This document shows positions 1 to 17,534 of a stretch of DNA of 64,000 bases, piece by piece; position 1 is the first letter of the stretch, and every line of letters begins with the position of its first letter. The notes beneath the pieces are model-generated. The model was given only the letters and a program-made list of their open reading frames with translations, ran no database searches and was not told where the DNA came from. The translations under genes and the position numbers were made by a program. Origin of the DNA: Eledone cirrhosa (taxonomy: Eukaryota); assembly GCA_964016885.1 (NCBI GenBank), contig OZ024743.1, positions 229,772,001-229,836,000 on the forward strand, in the 5' to 3' direction.

Positions 1-1330
1 TGTTCAAGAAAGCATTGATAGTTGTACGCTACAAAAAAAAATGAAGCAGACTTGATTGTGGGAACTATCGTCCTATCAGCCTATTGAGTCATCTTTACAA
101 GCTTTTCGTGAATATCATTGCAGCATGAGTGAAGTCAGACCTTTACGACTCATTTCCTGAAACACAAGCTGCACACCAACCTGGAAGAGTCACCATTCAG
201 TAGATCCTAACTATTGAACAAACCATTGAGAAATCAATAGAACTCAGCAACCCTGTGCACATCACCTTCATTGACTTCACAAAAGCTTTTGGCAACGTGA
301 ATCTACCCAGCTTATGGCAACGCTTAAACAAAACCTCAATTAACAAGAAATACATCAACCTACTGAAAGAAACTTAAACTAACGCAACAGCATATATCAA
401 CACAGATTTGGAAACAACATGTTGTATAGACATGTTGAAGAGAGTTAAGCAGGGGAATGTACTATCAGCCCTTCTTTTTTGTATAGTTATAGCTGCACTT
501 ATATACCAAACTGAAGAAGAATGCTCCTCCGGCTATCAAATAGGACGTCAAATCCTATCAAATCTTAGCTATACAGTCGATATGGCCATCAGGAGTTACT
601 CTGGAACTGATCTGCAAAACATTCTGAATGTACTGTCCAAACATGCACTAGAGGCTGGCTTACACATCAACATCTCTAAAGTGAAGTTTATGACAACTGA
701 TAAAAACAATACCAATCTTCAACCCACAATCTCCAATCAGCAAATTGCTCAAGTTACGAAGTTTGTATATCTCGGTCACAACTATCATCAAACAAGAATG
801 GAATTGTAGCTGTGCAGTAACCGCACCGCTTTAGGTTGGGCAGCCTTCAACAAGAACAAGGAAGTACTAACATCAAACTGAGTTTCCTATCATTTGAAGG
901 CTAATATATTCGATACTTACATCCTAGCAGTTGTGTTACGGTCTTGATTGTGGTAATTGGACGACAAGGTCACTTCAGAAACTCTCTACATTCCAGAACC
1001 ACATCATGAGACTTATGACTGGCAAGCGGCTCAGCGACCGTATCAGTGAGCTGCTCAACATCACCAGGCTTACATCAATCACATCTGTTATCGTGTCAAG
1101 AGTGCTTAGACTGTATGGTCATATCAAAAGAGAAACTCGTGATGTGAGTAAGTTATGCCTAGAAGGAGCTTTGGCTGGTGAGTAAAGCAGTTTGGGAGCC
1201 AAAACGATGGCGTGATAATGTCAACTTATGGACTGGATTTGACCTTTGCTCTCTAAACTCTACTGTTAGTGATCGAACTTTGATCATGTTGATGCGCAGT
1301 CTGAAACTGGTGGGGTTAGCATCTAGAGAG
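1..1330 (+). mobile_element. Decayed non-LTR retrotransposon (RTE-like LINE), RT and C-terminal part
   Basis: RT motifs in disrupted frames: IDFTKAFGNV, VKQGNVLSALLF, LSYTVDMAI (degenerate YADD), GLHINISKVKFM, FVYLG, RLYGHIKR. Stops and frameshifts present. Confidence 0.8.
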
Positions 1331-2227
1331 AGATACAATGAAAATATAGGTATATAAAAGTATATCGACTTGTTGCTCTATAACCCACAATGTAAAGGCA
1401 CTAACATTTCCGAAAGAGAGGGAGCTTACAAGATATTGTTATTGGTACAACAATGTAGATACCTTGTACTAAACACATTTAGAATATACAATCAGTTAGA
1501 ACAATGAAATGTTATTTACTCTATATTAGCAATACAGAGTTCTAATACATGCCTATATGTCGCTGTTTCTGCCTCCAAAGAATCATAATAATCATCACAA
1601 TTTAATGGATAATTACCGCTGTAAGATACGAACTTTTATCAGTGGGCCAATCTTAATCAACCAAACAATTAATTAATTAATTAATTAAATAATTAATTGA
1701 TTAAGTAAATATACAAAACAGCAACTCTCCATGATTATGTCTGAGACAGGACCCTAACTCATGTTGCAAGCTGGGTGACATGGCACGAACTACTACAGTC
1801 TTGAACGGTGGAAGACAGTGCCGAATGCTAGATATAGCTACACAACGGCTGTGAAGATCTCAACCTATTTATTTCAACATGGGAGTGAATATAATGGAAA
1901 TATCAGTATATAAAAATCTATATCGACTTGTCGACCAATAATTCCTCTATGTAAAAGTGTTCATAGTTATAGAAACACATGAGATATTGTTATTGGTACG
2001 ACAAGTTAAATATTTTGTAGAAAAGACATTTATAATTTATAATCGGTACACACATTTATATACAGACACATATATGCCCACAAATATACACATGGTGTAA
2101 ACAGGATCGCACAATATATACTACATTAAAGAGGCTTTTTCCTGTTTAATTATCAATTTAATTCCTTCTTTGCTACACCTCAGAAAATCTGAAGACAAAG
2201 TAAACAATATATATATATATATATATA

Positions 2228-6924
<4,697 letters not shown>

Positions 6925-7191
6925 TTTAAATAAGACTAAGTATGAATGAAACTAAAAATTATAAAACAATTGAAGTAGAAACATTACAAAAAAAAAAATG
7001 TTGCTGACAGCGGATTAGGTAAAGTAGCGAAGTATTTCTCAGGGTATTGATCTTAATTGATATTTGCATGTTTAAGGTCCCGTGTCAAGAGAAATAAAAA
7101 AGGGAATCTATTGATTATTCATACCAACTCAAGAAGCGGCATAACTCCAACTACTCATTTGATAGAGAAACTATATATTTCACTGTGTTGT

Positions 7192-7223
<32 letters not shown>

Positions 7224-7839
7224 CATGCGTACATACATATCACCCCCCCCCTCACACACACACACACATACATATATATATATACGTGTGCGCGTGTGCA
7301 TTCTTTTGGCTACATTGAACATTATACAAACAAAGACATAGTTGTAATTTTATTCCTGATATATATATATATATATATAAATATAATTCAGCGAGAATCG
7401 TATTTCGGCCGGTAGAAAAAGCGAAACGAAACTCAAAATCGTAGAAATGCTGGCAAGCGCTCCAATAGTTAAGAAAACTAGAGCTAAACAATATGTTAAA
7501 ACGCCATACAAACTGAAAAAGATATATATATGCCTCAACTCCAAATATGATATTGTCAGGAGTTGTTTGCATATCAAAATAGTTGCTCTCTTTATGGAGA
7601 TGCCAATGCACAGAAATTCAGCTTCACAGCTAGACGTAAAAACCCTACCTTAAAAATGTCCTATATGCTAACAGTCATTCAAAACTTTATTACGGTTTTC
7701 AGGCTTTATATATACCCCTTCCTACTCAAAAACTGTTTGACACACACATCTTTTCTCATCGCGAACCTCTTTTCTACACAGCCTACTGTCCCATTCTCTA
7801 TCGTATCTCATACACTCAACGAAATTATAGGACCTAAAC

Positions 7840-8130
7840 GTTTACTCACTTTCACAGCAACACCATGCATCGCAAAAAATGTCACATGTCAAGCGATGCC
7901 TGCGCTTCAAGCTTTGTTAAGTGAGGAAAGGCTTTGCACGGGGCCAATCCTACTCTCTGAATATCGAATGTATTTGCCTAAAAGGAAGAACTAGTCTATA
8001 TCATAGGATGAGAACAAAGTCGCGGGTCTTATATCAGAGTAACCTTCTCATAGAGAGAGTCTTGGTAAAGACTAGGAGTCTCTCGCTCCACAAATATATA
8101 TATATGACCGGGAGTCACAATGTATTGTTA
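7840..8130 (+). repeat. Dispersed interspersed repeat, unclassified
   Basis: Related copies at ~12225-12480 (-), ~12560-12830 (-) and ~48110-48260 (+), sharing e.g. 'aaggctttgcac', 'ccaatcc..ctctctga', 'aaagga..aactgg'. Confidence 0.6.
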
Positions 8131-10659
8131 AACTAGAAGGTTTGGCAGAAAACAATCGCCCGGAGTCTTGCGCAGAGGGACCAAACCTCGCTCCATGTGC
8201 TTACGAAGCGAACGTTTTAACCATATAGCCATATTTAAATTAAACACTTTACAAATGATGTTTAATTGTCTAGATACTGCTAATCTAATTACCAGCTCAT
8301 TTCAGCCATTTAGACGTCTATTTTATTATTCATGTTTAAGTTTCGTTAAGATTTTAACATTATTCTAGCTTCCCACAGAGGAATGCTAGCTAGATTACAT
8401 ATAAACAACTCATTCTCTCTAACAGAAATTCTATAGCAGCAACTGATGTGTAATGCAGGGGCATAGTCTGGCTCCAATATCTGTTCACAGTTTAATTCCC
8501 TGTTTTGTTAGTTTTAGTTTTATATTTCTTTTTACTTCAATGATTTTTGTAATCAATATAATGGCCTTTTATCTACGTCTATTATAGATACACACATATT
8601 TATTTAATAGCACAAGATACCAGTGTTCCCTATAGTTTTGGTCTAATTTACTTGTCTTAGCTGATGTGATGATTGCCTTCTCTTTGACTGAGAGATGAGA
8701 GATGCTACTTTGTAGGACTCGGAAGAACAACATATCAGAAGGGTGACATTGAAAGCAGAAGAAAAAAGAATCCATAAAAAAAAAAAAATTAAGAACAACA
8801 ATAAAAAGCATCAATGTTTTTTCTTATCTTAATACTAGAAATATCAGTTACATTTATCAAGTACGAGTGGAGTTTGCGTTTAAAAACATGATACAATGTT
8901 ACTTAAATAAGATATCAATTTATCAATCTTCTGTCATGATAGTTTCAGCTATGGATGCGAACCATGAAAATGTTAAACTTTCGTTGTTGACGGTTGGTAC
9001 TGTAGTACGCAGGCGTCAAATTGTAAGAGTTACTAGAACGTCGGATAGAGTGCATTGTGGTATATGTTTTGACTCCCTGCACACAGAGTTCAAATCACGT
9101 GGAGTTCAACTTTACCTTTCATCATTTCTCGGTCAATAAATAAAGTATCTGTCTAATACTGGAAGTCGGTTCTTCCTCTATATCTCTTTACATCCTCTCT
9201 CACTTTCGCTCACTTCCAGAAAACAGAAAAAGTGTTCTGACCTGAAGAGAGATGAGCCCTAGCAGTTTTACAATTGACATGACGGCATACCTACGACTTC
9301 TTCCTAAGGTAAGTGTCTAACTGTAACATGGGGTTTGCAGAAAATATTTGAAACGTTAAGTGTCTCAAATTATTCTCCATTTGCACTTGTCTTTGTAAGT
9401 GATTTGATGTGAGATATTGTAGTGGAAATAACACGATTGTAAACATTAGAAAAACTTGCACATGCACACACGAACAAACACACATGCACACACACATACA
9501 TGCGCGCGCGCACGCACAATCCAACTCGCTTGCACACATGCACACATACACATACACACAAATATTTATTCGTGACAAACTGAAATCCAAATTAAATAGC
9601 TGAAGCCGATAAATAAGCAAATGAATATTCTCTTCATACCCGTCCATTCCGTCCTTAGAAAAGTCCAGAAATGTTCCCTATTCCTCAAAAATCCAGATAT
9701 ATAGAATATGTTTAAACCAACAATCAAACCAAGAAAAGAATCTATATTCACAAGCATCGACTACCACTAACGCACTCCGTGCACCCGAAGCCATCCTTAT
9801 AAATTTCTTTTGTATGTTAACGTTAAGACTACCACCAACACACGCGATGGAAAAGAAACCCACAAACTTTCCTAAGCATTCAAAGCTCTTTTGTATACTA
9901 ACTTTAGTAACCTTTACTATGATGTTTCTAGCTGAAAGTTATTCGGCTGTAAAAACGAATGAGTTGACTCTTCCTCTATAGACACCAAATTTTTACAGGA
10001 ATTAAATAGCATCAGCAATGAAAAATAATCGAAACTTTGCTTCTTTGGTCTGATATGTTCCTTTATTTACAATTCTGTATCAAATTTCACCTAAAGTCAT
10101 AAAGCTTAAACATTTTAACCATTACTCGAATTTTTTTAAACGAAGTATATACCATTACTACTTACATAGCCCTAATATAAAATATATGTGATTGTGAGAT
10201 CTAACTTTGAAACTGTGACTCTATTGATTTAAATTGGCTATTTCTGCTATAGTTTTGATTAACGACAAACGGTTAAAGTAGAAACTGAACACAATAAAAT
10301 GTTTCTTATTTGATTTGATTTAATGGGAATGGTTAGCATAACAGTGTCTATAATATATTAATTGATAATCTGATTCGTTCAACCGATTTTATTTATGAGA
10401 AAAATAATAATTAGGCTCAATTACTGTATGACGAGTTAAATAAATCGAAATCGAGGAATAGAATGGCAACTTAATTAATTGCATTACTTCATTGCATAGA
10501 TTGCTATTCTGCCAGTTTACTTTCAGAATTTAAATCCTTCTGAAGGGGACGTCATTCATCCATCTTGTTTCCAGGAAAAAAAAAATCATCAGTTCAATAC
10601 AGGAATTGAACTAATCGATATAGTTTAGAAATAAATATATATTGTTTAATTGACTGAGT

Positions 10660-10853
10660 TGTTAGAGCGTCTTAAAAATGCATAGCAATATTTGTTCCAG
10701 TTCTTTATCTTCAGAATTCCAATCCACTGAGGTCAACTCTGCCTTTCATTCATCCAAAGTTGATAAAATAAAGTACCAGTAAATTACTGAGGTCGGTAAT
10801 TTCGACCTTCCCTTCCCCTCTATAACTGTTGATGTGATAAAATTGGAAACAAT
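10660..10853 (+). mobile_element. tRNA-derived SINE (diverged)
   Basis: 'gaggtcaactctgcctttcat...gataaaataaagtaccagt' matches the copies at 37560 and 61130. Confidence 0.65.
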
Positions 10854-10958
10854 TATATTTTCTCATAAATTATATCCATGATTTCAGTAAGTGAATTATT
10901 TTAACACATAAGTGGCCTTATTTCTAATGATGTATATTCTCTTTCAATGAAATATGTG

Positions 10959-11023
<65 letters not shown>

Positions 11024-11029
<6 letters not shown>

Positions 11030-11339
11030 AAGTTAAATAAAAGTCAAATGATTAAAATTTAGCTTCGTTTATTACTGCTATATATATTTCAGTGACAGCC
11101 ATCTTTGGCTGTGACCTCTTCAGGCAGTTTGAATTAGTATGGTATATTTCAGTGACAGCCAAAGATGGCTGTCACTGAAATATATATAGCAGTAATAAAC
11201 GAAGCTAAATTTTAATCATTTGACTTTTATTTAACTTTATTTTACACTACTCCGGAGTAACCAAACCAACCTGCGCACTTCGTCGAGTGCTCCAGCCTGC
11301 ATACTGAGGTGTTGGTATACAACCAACATAAACTCAAAA

Positions 11340-11340
<1 letters not shown>
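11024..11340. mobile_element. Fold-back non-coding element carrying an HHR (same family as 33530-34035)
   Basis: Inverted arms ~11024-11110 and ~11151-11243, flanked by (TA)n/(CT)n. Shares 'ctccggagtaaccaaaccaacctgcg' with the 33.6-kb copy in the opposite orientation. Confidence 0.75.
11074..11128 (-). ncRNA. Type I hammerhead ribozyme
   Basis: Minus strand: ACTGC-CTGAAGA-GGTCACAGCCA AAGA TGGCTGTCACT-GAAA TATATA TA-GCAGT. Confidence 0.8.
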
Positions 11341-11399
<59 letters not shown>

Positions 11400-11516
11400 A
11401 GTGGACATATATACCGGTAACCAGAGAAATAACTAAATAGATAGACAGACCGGCTGTCACATAGACGAAAACCAAACACACACACACACACACACACACA
11501 CTATATATATATATAC

Positions 11517-11597
<81 letters not shown>

Positions 11598-12057
11598 CAA
11601 GACAATAATAACTACACACCGATCATCTGAGTCATTCAGAGATGTTCCATAAATATTTATAACTGCTTACAGAGCAGAAGTTTATTTCCTCCTTCCATCT
11701 ACTGTCAAACTAAATATCCCACTTTCATTTTAGTTTATCCGTTGGATCTGCCTTCTGTTTCATTCCAGCTTTAATTTCGGGGTGGATGACAGATACCCCT
11801 ATCAGACACAACTATCTCAGCTACCCTTACAAGCATCACTATCATCACAAACACCACAAAATTCAAACTAAATACTGTCTACATTTTCGTTACAGTCATC
11901 ATCATATAGCTGTGTGGAAATGGTTTTCACATTACGGTGTAGACTGTAAATATCAGAGTAGTACTGGTCAAAGACGGATCTTGATATTGAGATATGTCAA
12001 AGACAACTATCAAGTAATACCATTTGATGAATATGTCAGAGAGAACCTTCTTACATC

Positions 12058-12102
<45 letters not shown>

Positions 12103-13261
12103 GCACACCCACACACCCACGGGGACACACATATATATGCATGTATGTATGTTTATATGTATGTATGTTTTTTGGGGGGAGCAATAAACTCCTAATCTTC
12201 ATTAAGATATATCGCATTCTGATATAAAACTAGCGACTTCGTTTGCCTTCGTTTGCATCCAATGATGTAGACCAGTTCTTTTTGGGCAAATGCATTCGAT
12301 GTTCAGACAGTGGGATTGGCCTCGTGCAAAGCTTTTCCTCATTTAAAAAAGATTCAAGCACAAGTATCGTTTGATATGTGACATTTATTGCTATGCATGG
12401 CATTGCTGGCCATAGGCAAGTTCCTTGCAGGTCTAAAAAGCCACGTCCGTAATGCTCATGCTTAAGTATCAAGCGATGGCATTACTCAAAATCGAGTTAC
12501 AGCCATCACCATGTATGTATGTATGTCAATGGCCATCCAAAATCACCGGGAGAGATGACCCCTTAGCCTTTGTCAAGACAGAACTCTAGAAGAAGGACAA
12601 CTCTGATATAACACCTGCAACCTTGATGGTATCCAATGATGTTGACTTGCTCTTCTTTTTGGTAAATATCATATTGGTTAAGAGAGTGGGACTGGCTTTG
12701 TGCAGTGCCTTTGCTCACTATAAAAGCTTCACAGCACAGGCATTGCTTTATATCTGGAGATCTCTCTGCACTTGTCATCACATGGTACCATGGGCCCAGC
12801 ACTACGTGTCAATAAATGTCACAATGTAGTGTTTGTACCAGAGTTTTCAAGTCGCTGGCTGGACTAAAAAGTCACACTCGTTCAGCGCATCGGCAGGGGT
12901 TCTCCTACATGGATATAAAGTAGTGGCCGTACTCGAAAACGAGTTGGCAGCCACCATGTATGTATGTATGTATGTATGTATGTATGTATGTATGTATGTA
13001 TGTATGTATGTATGTATGTATGTATAATGGTACGCATTAGGAAAAACAATGCTCAAATTATTGCAAGAGAGGTTATTTAATATAATTAAAATTTCATAAA
13101 CGAAACCTGTCCTGGCGCCTGATGAGTAACCAGTATTGAAAAGACATTTCCATGTTAGAGTGGTGGCCATTACTAGACATTGAAACATAGGGCCTCGCAT
13201 AAATGCTAAGTGTATGAAATCTTAATGATAGTACACACACACACACTCACACACACATATA

Positions 13262-13355
<94 letters not shown>

Positions 13356-13664
13356 GAGAGAAAGAGGGCGAGAGAGAGAGAAGGATATCATCCAGATTGT
13401 GGTGCCAAGAGGTTTCAGCTTGTTTAACACAAGGTGTCTGAGTGCGAGCTTATATGTTTGTAAGAGTTGCGAAGAGAGGGAGAGAAAATGAGAAAAAAAG
13501 AATAGAATATGAGTGAAAGTAGGAAAAGTTAGAAAGAAGAGATGGAGGTTTTCTGATAAATTAAGTTGAATAAATGAAAGTTGTTTCCAAACATTTTTAT
13601 GTATCAGCTACTTTGAATTTTGAAGAATTAGTGTTAAGAGACGATATGTTAGCTTGAAATAATG

Positions 13665-13802
13665 GTTTCTGATTTCGGCACGAGGCCAACAATATTAGAG
13701 GAAACGGAAAGCCAATTAAATCAACCCCAGCGGCTTCTGGTACTTTATTTAATCAACCCAGTAAGAATGAAAGGCAAAGCTAACTTTAACGGGATTTGAA
13801 CT
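13665..13802 (-). mobile_element. tRNA-derived SINE fragment
   Basis: 'ctggtactttattt...gaatgaaaggcaaag...gggatttgaact' is the reverse complement of the SINE core. Confidence 0.6.
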
Positions 13803-13994
13803 TAAAACTAATAAATGAAAACACAAATTCTTTCTCCCAACCAACCCTCTATATCCTTCTCTCTCTCTCTCTCTCCCTCTCTCTCTTTCTATATATATAG
13901 ATATAAATAATTACACACACACACTCACACACACCCATATATATATATATATGCGCCCATGTTTAATGACTAAAAACATTAAAAATAATAAACG

Positions 13995-14048
<54 letters not shown>

Positions 14049-14073
14049 CATATATATGTATATACATTGTTAT

Positions 14074-14255
14074 ATATTGTTATACTTGGGGAGGTTCATA
14101 TTGTTATAATATTGCCAGAAATAATAACAGAACACACTCACTCTTTGGTTTGGGTAGGTTTTCGCATCTGTATCTTTTATATCTCCATAGTTAATTTATC
14201 CGGCAATCAATGTTTGTCATTGATTGACCAACGGTTAAGAATACATATATAAATA
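14074..14255 (-). repeat. Solo fragment of the PLE family A 3' terminal repeat
   Basis: Matches 28851-29030 and 24300-24470 ('attgttatacttgggga...aataacagaacacactcact...attgaccaacgg'). Confidence 0.7.
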
Positions 14256-14401
14256 TATACGATGTGAGAAAAACCACAAACCTTCCATCTCAATTCTACT
14301 TTTGAAAACCAGAAGAACTGCGAAACCGGTAAAGGTACCAAATAAATATATATATTTTTTTTAAAAAGACTCCAGTTACATTTTCGATTTCATCTTTTTC
14401 T

Positions 14402-14466
<65 letters not shown>

Positions 14467-15179
14467 CTATCAAATATTGATAACTCTAGGAAAGCCATGA
14501 ACGGCACCACATTTTTAAAAACTTTTAATTTCAAAGTAGGTTTATATTTAATTATACTCCTTATACTTTGGTAGCTGTCTCGGCGGCCTAGTTGGAAGAA
14601 TCATAGGCGGTGGTGATCCTGGTTGGGAGTAGGGATCCCGGTAAATCTTTTCACTTTTTTTCTATGGAGTGTCAAATAAAAACTGAAATAATTACATGTA
14701 CATCTTGACCAGGGTTGAACACAAGGCCAATATCTCCAACGTCTCTAGCACCTACCGCTAGGGCACACGGACAACTACGAAAATACTATGAACATTCATA
14801 CCTATAAACCCACTTACAAACTTTCAATACAAAATGATGTGGTGTTGTTCATGTCTTTCTTAATGTGATTGCTCCTACTTAAGATAGACTTCTAAATCAT
14901 GTTGGTTTCCATAAACTATATCTTCGCTTTGTTTCTCATCTATCTAGACTATATTTCAACCTGTAATCCATGTTTCACTTCTGTTGCACCTCATTTCCCC
15001 ACCTCTCTATTTTCTCTCTGTTTTCATGTTTGTGGGTTTGCACTATTACAAGACTTTGTTCTAACGCAAGAAAGGGAAAGTGATAGTGAAATGTTTGTTG
15101 GATAATGGGTTGGATGAAAGAACTGTAGTAAGAAATGATTTGGTTGTACGTAAACTTACGTGCAGGTGAATCAAAGGGC

Positions 15180-15550
15180 TGAGGTCAGACACCTTTCTCT
15201 CCGGCCAACAACTGGTTCTTTTTTTCAAATACCACTTTGGAAGAAGAATCAAGATGGAGCGAGAGGTGTTGCACCCCAGCAAGTTTTATGAAAGGTGTGT
15301 GAAAGTGGCGAGAATGGCTGTAGGTTGAGGAAAAGGAGGAGGAGAGGAAGGGAGTACAAACTCTTCGTACTCCTGGAGTTGAGGGTTGCACATTTTTTCG
15401 GGGGTATGTGTTATCCATATGAACTGTCTCCCCCTATTGGGGAAAATCGACTAACTTTTTAAATTGCATTTGTGATAACATTTTACACGTTTTTATTGTA
15501 TATAAACTTCCCCCTTTGTATTTGTCCCCTTCTTTTGTGCCCCTGTGGCT
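15180..15550 (+). mobile_element. Tx1/L1-type LINE 3' remnant
   Basis: Similar to 16800-17240 and 22610-23010 ('acctttctctccggccaacaactgg', 3' UTR 'tttgtatttgtcccc..tgtgccc.tgtggct'). Confidence 0.8.
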
Positions 15551-16982
15551 ATTGCAGGGCATCCCTTTGGAACCGGGATTGCGGAAAGCGGTGTCGGCCT
15601 ACGCCGATGACGTGACAGTAATGGTGTCGACGGCCTCCGAAATCGAGGCGGTCGGCACCTTACTGGAGGAGTACGAAAAGTTCACAGGGGCTAAGCTGAA
15701 CCGGGACAAGTCGATCGGTTTGCAACTCGGCACGTGGAGGGGCAGACCGATGCCCTCCGATGGCGTCGTCGGACGCTGGACGGAGGGCCCGGTGAAGTTG
15801 CTCGGGGTCTGGTTCGGACCGGACCTCCAGGTGGAGAAAAACTGGGCGGAGGTTACGAACAGGGTGTTTGCACTGACCCAGAAGTGGGCCAGTTGCAAAC
15901 TATCCCTGAAAGGTCGGGCGGAGGTGGCGAACACTTATATAGCGTCCGTCATCTACTACCGCCTGACCGTAGTGCCCTGCCCAAGGGAAACCCTCACCAA
16001 GATGGAGCGCGCGCTCTTCCAATTCCTTTGGAAGAGGCGGGCTCCTATGGTGAGGAGATCCATCTGCTGTCAACACCCTTCGAAAGGAGGGCTGGGGATG
16101 CCGTGGCTAATGATGCGTAAACACGCATTAAGGCTACGGCACCTCTACGTATTCCTCACCGGACAACCGGTGTGGGCCTCGTTTGTGAGACGAACCTTTC
16201 CCAGACTCGTCTCACTCACCGAGCTGCAATCCTGGGTCAAGCAAAGACCGAGAAAACTGGGCGCCTGGCACACTGAGTGTGCCCAGGCGCTCACCGCCCT
16301 CTGGCAGGCGGATCCGGTTATCAGTGGAGACTCCACCGCAACATTCTATAGAGGGCTGGTACGCAGCAGGTGCGACGACGCCCTCGGAGAAGCCCTAGAC
16401 ATGGAGGAGGACGAACTGGCCAGCCTGTTCGGTAGGACATTCAGCCCGGGACCTATGGACAACTTCCAGAAGTCCCTGGCCTGGCAGTGCTACCGAGGGG
16501 CTTTACCCGTTCGAGAAAGGCTCTACAGACACGGGCGCCCGGGTAGGGACCCCGCCAAAAAGATCTGTCCCAGATGCGTGTGCGACGAGGAAACGGTTGC
16601 ACACGCATTGGTACACTGCTCGGGCGTAGCCGATCTGTGCGGCTATGTCGAACAACTGCTGTCAAGGGTGGGACCGATCCGGTTGACCACCGAGTCTATT
16701 GTAATGATCAAGCCGCCTCCCCCCTTCAAAGATGAAGCAGAGGCGGTGTTTCTGTGCGTAATAGCCATGGCGAAAGAGGTTGTATGGTGGACGCGTCTGA
16801 AAGGGCTGAGGTCAGGCACCTTTCTCTCTGGCCAACAACTGGTCCGTTTCTTCCGATATCATTTCGGAAGAAGGATCAGGATGGAGAGAGAGGTGCTGCA
16901 CCCCAGCCGTTTCTATGAAAGATGGGTGAAAGTGGCGAGAATGGCCCGTGTGAATGGGCCTTCACTCTACATCAGATTATAG
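15516..16982 (+). CDS. Tx1/L1-type ORF2 C-terminal half (RT YADD, thumb, CCHC zinc finger); 5'-truncated
   Basis: SAYADDVTV, GAKLNRDKS, KLLGVWFG, LSLKGRAEVAN, GGLG, CPRC..EETVAHALVHC. The first ~11 codons come from the upstream element's 3' UTR. Confidence 0.85.
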   Translation: MYLSPSFVPLWLLQGIPLEPGLRKAVSAYADDVTVMVSTASEIEAVGTLLEEYEKFTGAKLNRDKSIGLQLGTWRGRPMPSDGVVGRWTEGPVKLLGVWFGPDLQVEKNWAEVTNRVFALTQKWASCKLSLKGRAEVANTYIASVIYYRLTVVPCPRETLTKMERALFQFLWKRRAPMVRRSICCQHPSKGGLGMPWLMMRKHALRLRHLYVFLTGQPVWASFVRRTFPRLVSLTELQSWVKQRPRKLGAWHTECAQALTALWQADPVISGDSTATFYRGLVRSRCDDALGEALDMEEDELASLFGRTFSPGPMDNFQKSLAWQCYRGALPVRERLYRHGRPGRDPAKKICPRCVCDEETVAHALVHCSGVADLCGYVEQLLSRVGPIRLTTESIVMIKPPPPFKDEAEAVFLCVIAMAKEVVWWTRLKGLRSGTFLSGQQLVRFFRYHFGRRIRMEREVLHPSRFYERWVKVARMARVNGPSLYIRL

Positions 16983-17243
16983 GTGAGGAAGATGAAAGAC
17001 CAAGGAGCACCCCTTCTCTGTGCTCCTGAGAAGAAGGGTTGCACACTTTTTTCGGGGGTGTGTGCGACCCCCCAAGGCGCCTCCTCTCTATTGAGGATTT
17101 TGTTAAAAATTTTATTTTTTGTTATATCTTATTTTATTTTTATATTTTGTTATTGCCTCCTCCTTATTGAGGACGCCTTTTTGTGTAAACTCCCCCCTTT
17201 GTACTTGTCCCACTTTTGATGCCCTAGTGGCAAATAAAAGAAA
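15551..17243 (+). mobile_element. 5'-truncated Tx1/L1-type LINE
   Basis: Uninterrupted partial ORF2, AATAAA at ~17232, then (TCTA)n. Confidence 0.88.
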
Positions 17244-17245
17244 CA

Positions 17246-17326
<81 letters not shown>

Positions 17327-17534
17327 GTCTGACGCGTGGAACATCGCCGGTAAGCTTTTTTGTTATTTTCTATACAAAAAACCGAACTAATTGTTTGAAA
17401 AAACATAACATTTTGTAGATTAACCCCCAAGCTGAATTGTCAGCTGGGTGGTAATCCCATTTTTCGCCCTTGTAGGGGCGAACATTTTATTTTAAAAATT
17501 GTTTTAAAATATCAGATTTTACAAACTAAATAAC

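Noticed and set aside
13100-13145. GAAACCTGTC...CTGATGAG hammerhead-like words
   Set aside because: I could not pair helices I and II in any topology.
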